Below the pieces are notes generated by a model. It saw nothing but the letters and a program-made list of their open reading frames with translations. It made no database searches and had not been told where the DNA came from. A DNA stretch of 64,000 bases from an uncultured Verrucomicrobiota bacterium. GTDB taxonomy: Bacteria > Verrucomicrobiota > Kiritimatiellia > CAIQIC01 > Lenti-01. Shown here piece after piece: positions 28,941 to 38,121 of this stretch. The stretch lies in the NCBI GenBank assembly GCA_964393515.1, contig CAYMTY010000003.1:42002-106001 (forward strand), read 5' to 3'. The first letter of the stretch is position 1. Each line of letters opens with the position of its first letter. A program made the translations under genes and the position numbers.

Positions 28941-28981
28941 TTTTCCACACGGTGGAAAAATATTTTCCACGGTGTGGAAAA
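28941..28981. repeat. Two tandem 19-bp palindromes TTTTCCAC-N3-GTGGAAAA (same family as the 51224-51378 array)
   Basis: Seen directly between convergent gene ends; followed by a CTCCGC flank as in the larger array. Confidence 0.55.
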
Positions 28982-28993
28982 CTCCGCCCGCGG

Positions 28994-29806
28994 CTACCAG
29001 AAGCGCCAGAAATGGTGCACGGGGCCGTGGCCCTGGCCCAGGCGGTAGTCCGCCCCCGCGCGGATGGCGCCGGCGATGTACTCCTTGGCATTGCGCACGG
29101 CGACTTCGATGCCGGCCCCCTGTGCCAGGTTCGCGGCGATGGCCGAGGACAGCGTACAGCCCGTGCCGTGGTTGTTGCGGGTCTCCACCCGTACACCCGG
29201 CAGGCGCACGATGCGCTTCTCTTCCCCGAGATACAGGCAGTCGTCGCTGCCGCCGCCCGCAAGATGGCCGCCCTTCACCAGCACGTTTTGGCAGCGGAGC
29301 CGGGCCAGTTCGGTCGCCGCGCCGGGCAGTTCGTCGAGCCGTGAAATCCGGTGGCGCAGCAGCTCTTCAGCCTCTGGAATATTCGGCGTCAGGATCTCCG
29401 CCAGGGGGATCAGGAAACTGACCAGCGCGGCCACGGCGTCGTCTTGCAGCAGCCGGTCGCCGCTCTGTGCGATCATCACGGGATCGAGCACGATGTGCGC
29501 CACTTGGTGATCCCGGAGCTTCCGCGCCACGGTTTCGATCAGCTCCGCCGAGTAGAGCATGCCGATCTTGACCGCATCCGCCCCGATGTCCGCAAGCACC
29601 GCATCAAGCTGCTGCGCCACGAACTTCACCGGCACCGGGTGGATCCCCGCCACGCCCTGCGTGTTCTGCGCGGTCAGCGCGGTGATCACGCTCAGGCCGT
29701 AGCACCCGTTGGCCGCGATGGTCTTCAGGTCGGCCTGGATGCCGGCTCCGCCGCCGCTGTCCGAGCCTGCAATCGTCAGCACCCGCCGATAGGTTTTACT
29801 GCTCAT
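28994..29806 (-). CDS. thiD: Hydroxymethylpyrimidine/phosphomethylpyrimidine kinase
   Basis: ThiD/PdxK ribokinase-like motifs (GSDSGGGAGIQADL, C-terminal GTGCTLSSAIAA). Confidence 0.9.
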   Translation of the reverse strand: MSSKTYRRVLTIAGSDSGGGAGIQADLKTIAANGCYGLSVITALTAQNTQGVAGIHPVPVKFVAQQLDAVLADIGADAVKIGMLYSAELIETVARKLRDHQVAHIVLDPVMIAQSGDRLLQDDAVAALVSFLIPLAEILTPNIPEAEELLRHRISRLDELPGAATELARLRCQNVLVKGGHLAGGGSDDCLYLGEEKRIVRLPGVRVETRNNHGTGCTLSSAIAANLAQGAGIEVAVRNAKEYIAGAIRAGADYRLGQGHGPVHHFWRFW

Positions 29807-29827
29807 GTGCTCCTTCTGGAAAAATCC

Positions 29828-29879
29828 GGATTATGGTATTTATAAATACCATAGTATGCTTTTTATAAATACCATAATC
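29828..29879. promoter_or_regulatory. AT-rich nested palindrome (perfect 20-bp ATGGTATTTATAAATACCAT plus outer GATTATGGTAT/ATACCATAATC arms) between thiE and thiD
   Basis: Seen directly; overlaps the thiE stop and precedes the thiD RBS. Confidence 0.4.
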
Positions 29880-30540
29880 ACCGTCCGTCCATTCCCGGGC
29901 GGCTCTTTTCCCGCGCCGCATCGATTTTCCGCCGCAGTTCCGCCGCCGCCATGCGCGGGTCCTCCGCCGCTACAATCGCCGACACCACGGCCACGCCGTC
30001 CGCCCCCGCCTGCACCACTTCCCGCGCGTTGCCCGCGTGGATGCCGCCGATGGCCACCAGCGGGATCTTCACGGCGGCACGAATCGCCTGCAGCCCCGCC
30101 AGGCCCAGCGGCGCGGCATGGTCCGTCTTCGTCGGCGTGGCGAACACCGGGCTGGCACCGAGGTAGTCCGCGCCCTCCCCCGCTGCGCGGACGGCATCCG
30201 CCACCGATTCCGCCGAGACTCCGATGATCCAGCCCGGCGGTCCCAGCCGGCGGGCGTCCGCTACGGGCAGATCTTGCTGCCCCAGATGCACCCCGTCCGC
30301 TTCCGCCGCCAGCGCAACATCCACGCGGTCGTTGATGATCAACGGCACGCCCAGCTCGCGCGTGGCTGCGCGCAGCGCGCGGGCCTCCGCCAGGAAGTCC
30401 CGCGTACCGCAGGCCTTTTCCCGCAACTGGACGCAGGTGACGCCGCCGGCCACCGCGGCGCGGACGATGTCCGCCAGGGGCCGGCCGCGCGCCAGTGCGC
30501 GGTCGGTCACGAGGTACAGCGTGTAGACGATGCGGGCCAT
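29878..30540 (-). CDS. thiE: Thiamine-phosphate synthase
   Basis: TIM-barrel ThiE sequence (YLVTD..., IGVS..., ADYLGASPVFATPTK, VAIGGI). Confidence 0.9.
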   Translation of the reverse strand: MARIVYTLYLVTDRALARGRPLADIVRAAVAGGVTCVQLREKACGTRDFLAEARALRAATRELGVPLIINDRVDVALAAEADGVHLGQQDLPVADARRLGPPGWIIGVSAESVADAVRAAGEGADYLGASPVFATPTKTDHAAPLGLAGLQAIRAAVKIPLVAIGGIHAGNAREVVQAGADGVAVVSAIVAAEDPRMAAAELRRKIDAAREKSRPGMDGR

Positions 30541-30541
30541 G

Positions 30542-31357
30542 TCATTCCTCCCGGATCCGGCCGCCGTGCCGCAGTTCCTCGGGGGTCAAGGCGTGCAAGG
30601 CATCGAGAAAACGGATCATGAACGAGCCGGGGCCGGCAGCCCCGTCCGCGGCATGTTCGCCGGCCAGGCCGTACAGGGCCAGGGCGGCCGCCGCCGCCTG
30701 GACCGGATCGGCCTCCACGGCCGTGAAGGCGCCGATAAGCGCGGTGGCCCCGCAGCCCATGCCGGTGATCCGCCCCATCAGCGGATGCCCGTTGGCCACG
30801 CGCAGCACGCGCCGGCCGTCCGTGATGAAATCCACCGGCCCGGTGACCGCCACGGGGGCGCCGAGTTCGCGCGCCAGTTCCCGGGCCTGGGCCGCAGCGG
30901 CCTCCACGCCATCGGCCGCATCCACCCCCCGGGTGTGCGCCGCGCCGCCGCCCAGCGCGAGGATTTCCGATGCGTTGCCGCGCACGAGGGTCACCCGGCA
31001 TTCGTTCAGAATGCGCCGGGCGGCTTCGGTCCGCAGTCGCGTCGCCCCGGCCCCCACCGGATCGAGAATCACCGGCACGCCCAGCGCCGCCGCCGTCTTC
31101 CCCGCCTTGAGCATCGCGGCGACCCAGGCGTCGTCCAGCGTCCCGAGGTTCAACACCAGGGCCTGCGCCAGCGCGACCATCTCTTCGACCTCGTTCTCCG
31201 CGTGGGCCATCACCGGCGCCGCGCCCGCCGCCAGCAGCACGTTGGCCGTGAAATTCATCACCACGAAGTTCGTGATGTTGTGCACCAGCGGCCGGACCTC
31301 CCGGACCTGCTTGAGGTTTTCGGCCGCCCGCGCAGCCAGGTTTTTTTCCGGACTCAT
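30542..31357 (-). CDS. thiM: Hydroxyethylthiazole kinase
   Basis: ThiM motifs (LVHNITNFVVMNFTAN, GTGCGATAL). Start at MSPEKNL. Confidence 0.85.
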   Translation of the reverse strand: MSPEKNLAARAAENLKQVREVRPLVHNITNFVVMNFTANVLLAAGAAPVMAHAENEVEEMVALAQALVLNLGTLDDAWVAAMLKAGKTAAALGVPVILDPVGAGATRLRTEAARRILNECRVTLVRGNASEILALGGGAAHTRGVDAADGVEAAAAQARELARELGAPVAVTGPVDFITDGRRVLRVANGHPLMGRITGMGCGATALIGAFTAVEADPVQAAAAALALYGLAGEHAADGAAGPGSFMIRFLDALHALTPEELRHGGRIREE

Positions 31358-32610
31358 GCTTTTTCCCTCCTGCCAAGCGAGATTGCCAAGTACACGGCCG
31401 CCGCCCCCGCGAAGCCCGGAATGGAAGCGCCGCCCGCAAACGCGGTTTGTGCGCAATACTGGTAAAGCCCGAACCCGGCGGCCCAGGCGGCCAGGGCCCG
31501 CCCATTCACGCCGCCGGCGTACCAATAGCGGCCGCGGCGGTACAGGTCCTCCGCCGCGTACGACCCGCGCTTCAGGATGAAGTAGTCCGCCAGCACCACG
31601 CCGAACAGCGGGCAAAACGCGGACCCGATGAACAGCAGGAAGCCTTCGTATCTGGTCGCGTCGAAGACCAGCGCGATCACGGTCCCCGCCAGCCCCCCCA
31701 GCAGCACCAGCGGGCGCAGGCCAAGCTTCGGGAACAGGCTCTGCGCGGAAACGGCGTTGGAATAGATGTCGAGAAAGGTCGTGGTCACGGTGGACAACAG
31801 CACGATCAGCAGCGCGGGGACCAGAAGCCGGTGCGCGCCCATGAGTTCCAGCAGCATCCCCTCCGGCGCGCCGGAGCCGGTGGCGATGGCCGCGACCAGG
31901 CCCACGGCATACATCCAGGAGCTGACGAGGAAATAACCCCACCAGGTGCCGCGGAGTCCCCGGCCGGGCACCGCCGCGAAGCGGGTGTAGTCGGACACCA
32001 GCGGCAGCCAGGAGATCGGCATGGCGATCACCAGGTCCAGCCCGACCATGAAGGGCATGGCCGGCGCGGACTTCGCGGCCAGCAATTCACGCCAGCCGTA
32101 GGTTTTCAGCGCCAGGACCGTCATCGCCACCGAGAGCAGCAGGAGCAGGACGACCCCGGCCTTCTGGAGCACTCGCCAGAACAGGTGGCCGGCCAGTGCC
32201 CACAGCGTGGTCAGCACGCCCAGGCCGACCGTCCAGCCGCGGGCGCCGGCGGCGCCGGCGGCGGGGCCCGCCGCCGCCTGCCCGCCGATCCACAGCATGA
32301 CTGCCGTCCAACCGACCAGTTGCACGATGTTGAGGAGAGCCGGCAGGATCGAACCGCGGTTGCCGAGCGCCCCGCGCGTTCCCACAATCGCCGGCACGCC
32401 GTGGCGGCTGCCGATCAGACCGCCCAGCGCCATGGGCGTGTTGCCGACCAAGTGCCCCGCCAGGACCAGCCCCAGACCCGTAAGCAGACCGAATGAAACC
32501 AGCAGTCCGCCGGCCCAGATCTCCGACAGGGAGATCGCCGCCCCCGCCCACAGCAGGAAGAAATCCCATTCCTTTAAATTCCGCTCGCGCCCTTCCACGG
32601 GCCCGCTCAT
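31354..32610 (-). CDS. cytX: NCS1-family permease, putative hydroxymethylpyrimidine transporter
   Basis: 12-TM cytosine/purine permease family; sits first in the thi operon downstream of a TPP riboswitch. Confidence 0.75.
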   Translation of the reverse strand: MSGPVEGRERNLKEWDFFLLWAGAAISLSEIWAGGLLVSFGLLTGLGLVLAGHLVGNTPMALGGLIGSRHGVPAIVGTRGALGNRGSILPALLNIVQLVGWTAVMLWIGGQAAAGPAAGAAGARGWTVGLGVLTTLWALAGHLFWRVLQKAGVVLLLLLSVAMTVLALKTYGWRELLAAKSAPAMPFMVGLDLVIAMPISWLPLVSDYTRFAAVPGRGLRGTWWGYFLVSSWMYAVGLVAAIATGSGAPEGMLLELMGAHRLLVPALLIVLLSTVTTTFLDIYSNAVSAQSLFPKLGLRPLVLLGGLAGTVIALVFDATRYEGFLLFIGSAFCPLFGVVLADYFILKRGSYAAEDLYRRGRYWYAGGVNGRALAAWAAGFGLYQYCAQTAFAGGASIPGFAGAAAVYLAISLGRREKA

Positions 32611-32707
32611 CGCCACGGCTTGTGCTCCTTCTTTCCGGACGCCGGGGAGCCTGCCGCGGCGGAACAAAAGCCGCGGTTCCATCGGGGAAACCACGGCTTG
32701 TTCACGC

Positions 32708-32806
32708 GATCCGCTGTCCCTGCGCTGGAATGATCCAACAGGTTCCAAGGGTTATCCCGCTGTACGGGAACTCTCAGCCCTCTCGATCGAGGACACCCCT
32801 AGCGAC
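32708..32806 (-). promoter_or_regulatory. TPP (THI-box) riboswitch upstream of cytX-thiM-thiE-thiD
   Basis: Minus-strand sequence CUAGGGGUGUCC...GGCUGAGAGU...ACCCUUGGAACCUGUUGGAUCAUUCCAGCGCAGGGA matches the TPP aptamer consensus (GGGG...CUGAGA...ACCCUUUGAACCUGAUCUGGAUAAUGCCAGCGUAGGGA). Confidence 0.85.
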
Positions 32807-32870
32807 CAGATTCAGTTGTCGCCGCCACCATACCACCCTGCCGACGGACGTCAAGCGGCACCGGGGAAAA

Positions 32871-33443
32871 TCACGGCGCGGCGGCCAACGCCCGATCGAT
32901 CGCGGCCACCAATTCCGGATCGTCCGGCTCGGTGCGGCTGCCGTAGTGTGCCAGGATCCGCCCGTCACGAGCGACCAGGAACTTGTTGAAGTTCCACGTG
33001 ACGGCGCCGCCGGTGTCCGGGTGCAGCGTCTTGTCCGTCAGGAAGGCGTACAACGGATGGATGTTCTTGCCCTTTACGGAGATCTTCGCGAACATCGGAA
33101 ACGTCACCCCGTAGGTCAGCGTACAGAACTGCTTGATTTCCGCCTCGGTTCCGGGTTCCTGGCCCATGAAGTTATTGGCCGGGAACCCCAGCACGACCAG
33201 CCCCCGGTCCGCGTAAGACCGGTAGAGTTTTTCCAGCCCGGCATACTGCCGGGTGAAGCCGCACTTGCTGGCGACATTGACGATCAGCAGCACCTTGTCC
33301 CGGTAATCCGCCAGCCGCACTTCCCGGCCCGCGATGTCCCGCACCGGGATGTCGTAGATCCTGTTCATGGGTTCTGCTCCTGGCGCGGGCGGCCCGTTGC
33401 CGAGCCCGGCCGCCCAGGCGCCGATGACCAGCCAAGTTTTCAT
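32871..33443 (-). CDS. Glutathione peroxidase (periplasmic, BtuE/Gpx family)
   Basis: Signal peptide; catalytic VASKCGFT, FPANNF/FPCNQF-like and WNFNKFLV motifs. Confidence 0.85.
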   Translation of the reverse strand: MKTWLVIGAWAAGLGNGPPAPGAEPMNRIYDIPVRDIAGREVRLADYRDKVLLIVNVASKCGFTRQYAGLEKLYRSYADRGLVVLGFPANNFMGQEPGTEAEIKQFCTLTYGVTFPMFAKISVKGKNIHPLYAFLTDKTLHPDTGGAVTWNFNKFLVARDGRILAHYGSRTEPDDPELVAAIDRALAAAP

Positions 33444-33558
33444 GATATCGCCGCGGTTTGCGTGGTCAATCTACGTCATCCCGGCCGTTTGGCAAACCGC
33501 CCCGGCCGGGACATCCCCTCCGGCGGCAATCCTCCCGGCAAATGCCTTCGCCCTGACA

Positions 33559-33690
33559 ACGATCTATTATAATACATCGTTCCGGCACGAGTCATGGTTT
33601 CATGCGTATTCCAAAGGGATTTCCGGCGCTCGATCTGCGGTTGTTCGGAACCGGCCCAGGCCATCCAACCGATGTATTACAATAGATCGT
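33559..33690. repeat. AT-rich ~21-bp inverted repeat pair (ACGATCTATTATAATACATCG / CGATGTATTACAATAGATCGT) spaced ~90 bp apart
   Basis: Seen directly in the gpx upstream region, 3' of the EPS locus. Each arm contains a TATTATAATA-like palindrome with a TATAAT hexamer. Confidence 0.4.
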
Positions 33691-33729
33691 CGGCGCCGCC
33701 GGCCCGGCCGGGCGGCGGCGGACGGCAGG

Positions 33730-36700
33730 CTAGAAGTTGTACTGGAGGCCGAGCGTGAGATCGTGCTCGGAGTAGTTGCGCAGGAAATTGATGTTGAGGC
33801 CCCCGATGAGGTCGAGGTGCCGCCAGAGCCGCTGGCGGTAGGTCCCGCCGAGGCCGACGAAGGTGTCCCAGTCGGCCGCGGGGCCCGCGCCGGCATACCA
33901 CGTGCCATCGGATTCGGCCCGGGCCTTGAGGTTGCGCCAGGCGTCCATGTCCTCGGGCCGGCCCTTCTCGCTCTGCTGGCCGAGCCGGAGGTCGAACTGG
34001 AAGAAATAGTCCTGGTAGGCGCGGCGGAGGCGGACGACGCCGGCGAACCGGGTGTCCCAATAGGGCGACCAGTAGAGGTCGGATTTCTCGTCCATGGTGT
34101 AGGTGCCGGCCTCGAGGCCGCCCCAGACCCCCTGCTTCTCAAAGAGCTGCCAGAACGAACTGCCGAAGAGCTGGACCATGGCGTTGTCGTCGTCGTAGCT
34201 CAGGTAGCGGGCGTTGGCGGCGACATCCCAGCTGTCGGCAATCTTCCAGCGGGCGTTGAGGCCGAAGCCGTCGTAGACAATTTCAGCCCGGGCGGACGGG
34301 ACCAGGTCGTGGTCGTAGAGCGCGACGAGCTGGAGGGCACGGTACGGCTGCCAGCCCACGGTGAGGGCGCCGACGATTTCGTCCTCCTCCTGTTCGGCCG
34401 GACCGCCGGGATCGAGCCGGAGGATCTTCTGGCCGAGGCTGGCGGTCAGGGTGGCCGTGTCGTTGATGCGCAGGGTGAGCGCGCCGCGCAACTCCTCGAC
34501 TTCGGCGTCGTAGGCGTAGGTCTCGATCCGGTTGGTCTGGACCTTGTTGATGACGGTGGTCTCGGTGGTGGTGGTGGTGGTGGTGGAGCCTCCGTTTGTC
34601 GCCACGGTGGTGGTGGAGCTGCTCGTGGAGGTTTCCGGCTGCTCGATGGTGTACCAGATGTTGGAAGTGACGGTCTGCTCGATGGTGCCGGCGCGATAGG
34701 CCGCCTCGGCGCCCAGGACCGCGGTGAGGTTGAGGCCGGCGCGGGCCTCGCCGGAACGCTGGAGGATGTCCTTGTTGGACTTGTTTTCCCGGTAGGCGCC
34801 GGCCCCGTAGATGTTCGACGGGCGCAGGCGGTGCCGGCTGGTGCCGGCGCGGTCGGCCTCGTCGGCGCCGGCGGGGGCCTGGGGGGCGGGAAGGCGGTTG
34901 CGGGTGTAGGCCTCCAACTCGCGCAGGAGCCGTTCGGGATAGCCGTCGCGGCGCAGCAGTTCGATCTGCTGTTCGGCCAGGAACGGCCGGTCCATGAGGG
35001 TGGCGATCTCGGCGCGCAGGCGGCGGGCCATGAAGACCGGATGGTTGGCCAGCACCTGTTCGAGGACTTCGCCGGCGTCCTCGTCCCAGCCGGGCTCATA
35101 GCGGCGGATCAGGAGGGGGTTCTCGCCGGCGCAGGTGTAGCCGAAGCGGTCCACGATGAAACCGGCCTGGTATTCGCGGTCGGCCTCGTTCAAGAGGGCC
35201 CGGACGGGATTGAGCAGGGGGGCGACGTTGCTCCCCTCCTCCTGGCCGATTTCGCCGTAAGGATAGGCAACGGCCATGGGTTCGTCGGGCGCGAGGCCGA
35301 GATGCCGCTCGATGCGGGCGCGGCTTTCCGAAAACTCGTTGCGGACGCGGCGGCTCCACTCGCGGAGGGTTTCAAGGCGGTGGCGCTCCGGCAGCCAGAT
35401 CCGGTTGGGCAGGTTGAACACCTTCGGGGAGGGTTCCGGGCCAGCCGGCTGGTCGGTGTTGGCATGCATCAGGTGGCTGCCGATCTGCCAGACCCCGGTT
35501 TCCCGGTAGGCGCGGATCTCCTCCCAGGCGGCATACATCGGGGCGTTGAGTTCCTCGAGGCTGGTGATGACGAACATGCCAAAGGGGATGTTCAGTTCCT
35601 GCGCGACCGGCGTGCCGAGGCTGAAGGAGCTGCGCAAGCCGTCGTCGAAGGTGACGACGGCCACCTTGGCCGGGCGGCGGTCCGCGGGCTTGCGGTCGCG
35701 CCGTTTGCCGGTGAAGGCGTAGCGCACGTTATCCACCTGCCGGGCCAGCCACGGCTTGGGGCCCGGGCGGTCGGGAGGCGGGGCGTTCCGGGCGAGATAG
35801 TCGGGCAGGTCCTGCGGGGCGAGGAAGGTGAAGCCCGCCTGGCGCAGCGCGACCAGGTGCTCGCGCAGGCGGCGGGTGGAGGTCAGGGCCATCCATTCGC
35901 TTTCGGTGAGGCCGTGGTAGAGCAAGGTCAGCACGGCGCCGCGGTCGCCGGCCTCTTCGAGCCGGTCGAGCGCCGCCAGCGCCTCCTGGTAGCGGCCGCG
36001 CTGGACTTCCAGGCGGGCCAGTTCCAGAAAGCGGTAGGGGTTGTCGGGCTGAAAGTCGTCGTACAGGGCCTCGAGCGCCTGTTCGGCGGCGGTGAAGTCG
36101 CGTTCGAGCATGGCGATCTCGAAGCGGGTGCGCAGGGCCTGCTGGTTGATGGGGTTGAAGTCCCGCAGGATGCGGTCCACGGCCTGCCGGGCCTTGACGG
36201 GCTGGTGGGCCATGAGGGCGATCTGCGCGTACTGGTTGAGCCAGGGCACGTAGGTGGGGATGACGGCGAGGGCCTCCTCGTACTGGTCCAGGGCGAGGGT
36301 CAGGGGCCAGCGCTTGGGATTCTGCCGGTGCAGGGTCACGAGGCGCGCGCCGAGCCGCACCCGCAGCCGGGCGCGGACTTCGGGATCTTTCGCGTCCTTG
36401 ATCAAGCCCCGCAGCGACCGGACCATTTCGTCGGGGCGCTGGGAAATTTCGGCCAGGTCGGCGCGCAGGTTCATGACTTCCCACAGGGCGGGATCTTCGG
36501 CAAGGACGCGGCGGGCCTGTTCATCGGCCTCGGCGAGGCTGCCGACCAGCATCAGGGCGCGGGCGTATTCGGTGCCGAACGCGCGGTTGTCGGGAATCAC
36601 GGCGATGATGTCGGTCCAGAGGTCGAGGGAGTCCTCGTAGCGCTGGACCAGCGGGTAGAAGCGGGCGAGGTCCACCTTGACGTCATAGCGCTGGTCGTCC

Positions 36701-37344
36701 TCCGCGATCAGCTTTTCGAGGATGGGGATGGCCTCGTCGAGGTGGCCGAGGCGGAACAGGTTCTGGGCATACCAGTAGCGGATGTCGTAGTTCTGGGGAT
36801 CGAGGGCCAGGGAGGCGCGCAGATGCGTGTCGGCGGCGCGCCAGTCGTTGCGCAGCAGGGCCAGCTGGGCCAGCAGGCTATGGGCCTTGGCCGATTCGGG
36901 GCGCAGGACCAGGAACTGCTGCCAGAGGCGGTCGGCCTCGTTGGTCTGGCCGGAGTGGTAGTAGCTCCAGCCCAGGGCCTCCCAAACGGCCTCGACGGTC
37001 GGCAGCTTGTCGAGCACGTCTTCCAGGAGGGGAATGGCGGCGGGGTAGTCCTGCTCCTGCATGAGGACGATGGCCCGTTCGAGGGTGTCGTCGGCCGGCG
37101 GCGCCGCCGGGGTTTCGGGCGGCGCGTACTGGAGTTCGAAGGGCGCGCGCTCCTCGGCGCCGCGGCGCGTGCTGCGGACCAGGCGGTCCACGGCCTGGGC
37201 CGCCGCGCCGGCGGAATCCGTCGCGGCCGGCGGGGCGGGTTCCCGGGCCGGGGTACCGGCCGCCAGCGCCCCGCACGCCGCGAACCAGAACCACGCCGCG
37301 GGCCGGCGCCAGCCGCCGCTTCTGTTTCTGCAACCGGTTTTCAT
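33730..37344 (-). CDS. Fusion protein: signal peptide + long TPR array + polysaccharide deacetylase (CE4/NodB) domain + C-terminal OM beta-barrel (PgaA/PgaB-like export component)
   Basis: Many TPRs. NodB motif VVTFDDGLRSS...; C-terminal beta-strands ending ...LGLQYNF (aromatic C-terminus). ATGA overlap with the upstream SGNH gene. Confidence 0.7.
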   Translation of the reverse strand: MKTGCRNRSGGWRRPAAWFWFAACGALAAGTPAREPAPPAATDSAGAAAQAVDRLVRSTRRGAEERAPFELQYAPPETPAAPPADDTLERAIVLMQEQDYPAAIPLLEDVLDKLPTVEAVWEALGWSYYHSGQTNEADRLWQQFLVLRPESAKAHSLLAQLALLRNDWRAADTHLRASLALDPQNYDIRYWYAQNLFRLGHLDEAIPILEKLIAEDDQRYDVKVDLARFYPLVQRYEDSLDLWTDIIAVIPDNRAFGTEYARALMLVGSLAEADEQARRVLAEDPALWEVMNLRADLAEISQRPDEMVRSLRGLIKDAKDPEVRARLRVRLGARLVTLHRQNPKRWPLTLALDQYEEALAVIPTYVPWLNQYAQIALMAHQPVKARQAVDRILRDFNPINQQALRTRFEIAMLERDFTAAEQALEALYDDFQPDNPYRFLELARLEVQRGRYQEALAALDRLEEAGDRGAVLTLLYHGLTESEWMALTSTRRLREHLVALRQAGFTFLAPQDLPDYLARNAPPPDRPGPKPWLARQVDNVRYAFTGKRRDRKPADRRPAKVAVVTFDDGLRSSFSLGTPVAQELNIPFGMFVITSLEELNAPMYAAWEEIRAYRETGVWQIGSHLMHANTDQPAGPEPSPKVFNLPNRIWLPERHRLETLREWSRRVRNEFSESRARIERHLGLAPDEPMAVAYPYGEIGQEEGSNVAPLLNPVRALLNEADREYQAGFIVDRFGYTCAGENPLLIRRYEPGWDEDAGEVLEQVLANHPVFMARRLRAEIATLMDRPFLAEQQIELLRRDGYPERLLRELEAYTRNRLPAPQAPAGADEADRAGTSRHRLRPSNIYGAGAYRENKSNKDILQRSGEARAGLNLTAVLGAEAAYRAGTIEQTVTSNIWYTIEQPETSTSSSTTTVATNGGSTTTTTTTETTVINKVQTNRIETYAYDAEVEELRGALTLRINDTATLTASLGQKILRLDPGGPAEQEEDEIVGALTVGWQPYRALQLVALYDHDLVPSARAEIVYDGFGLNARWKIADSWDVAANARYLSYDDDNAMVQLFGSSFWQLFEKQGVWGGLEAGTYTMDEKSDLYWSPYWDTRFAGVVRLRRAYQDYFFQFDLRLGQQSEKGRPEDMDAWRNLKARAESDGTWYAGAGPAADWDTFVGLGGTYRQRLWRHLDLIGGLNINFLRNYSEHDLTLGLQYNF

Positions 37345-38084
37345 TTCCAGTACTCCTCGATCAGGGCCAGGGCCAGGATGCGGGCGCCATCCGGCGTGAG
37401 GTGGATGCCGTCGACATCCCGCACGCGGATGGCGGCGGCGGTCTGGGGATCCATCAGGCGTTCGGCGTAGCCGCCGGTGCGGCGGTCCGCCACCAGCCGG
37501 CTGAAATCGTGGGCGATGACCTGTGGCCGGCCGGCCGCCTGGGCCGTGACAAGCCCGTTCAAGTGCCGCGCGAAGCCGTCCATGGTGGCATCGCGCATGG
37601 GCGGCAGCAGCAGCCAGATGACATGCTCGCAGCCGCCGGCCCGCAGGCGGTCCAGCGCCTGGCCGGCGCGGCGGGAATATTCCGCGTCCCATTCGGGCGT
37701 GCCCGGTTCGAGCGGGGCCCCGCCCCCGGCCAGTTGCATCGGCTGGCGGTCGTTGGCGCCCAGCGCCACCACGGCCACCTTGGGCCGGTGGGCCGCGCAC
37801 AGTTCGTCGATTTTGGCCAGCCAGTCGAAGGCATCGAGCCGCGCCAGCCCCGTGCCAATCCCGGAAAAGGAGGCGGTTTGGATCCCCGGGAGGCGCGCCA
37901 GTTCCCGTTCCATGGCGAAGCCCGGCAGCTTCATCATCGAATCGCCGATCATCAGGACGGGCGATGTCGCCCCGGGCAGCGCCGCCAGCGCGCCCGTCGT
38001 CCACAGGGCCGCGGCCAGCGCCCCGCCCCACCCCGTCCGGTGCCGGCCGGGGCCGGTTCTCTGTTTCGATGTTGCGGTGTTCAT
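37341..38084 (-). CDS. SGNH/GDSL-family hydrolase/acyltransferase (AlgJ/AlgX/PatB-like)
   Basis: Signal peptide; GDSMM block I; GANDRQ block III. Confidence 0.6.
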   Translation of the reverse strand: MNTATSKQRTGPGRHRTGWGGALAAALWTTGALAALPGATSPVLMIGDSMMKLPGFAMERELARLPGIQTASFSGIGTGLARLDAFDWLAKIDELCAAHRPKVAVVALGANDRQPMQLAGGGAPLEPGTPEWDAEYSRRAGQALDRLRAGGCEHVIWLLLPPMRDATMDGFARHLNGLVTAQAAGRPQVIAHDFSRLVADRRTGGYAERLMDPQTAAAIRVRDVDGIHLTPDGARILALALIEEYWK

Positions 38085-38121
38085 AGAATGAAATCTTAGC
38101 GGAATCAGGGGGGGACAACAA

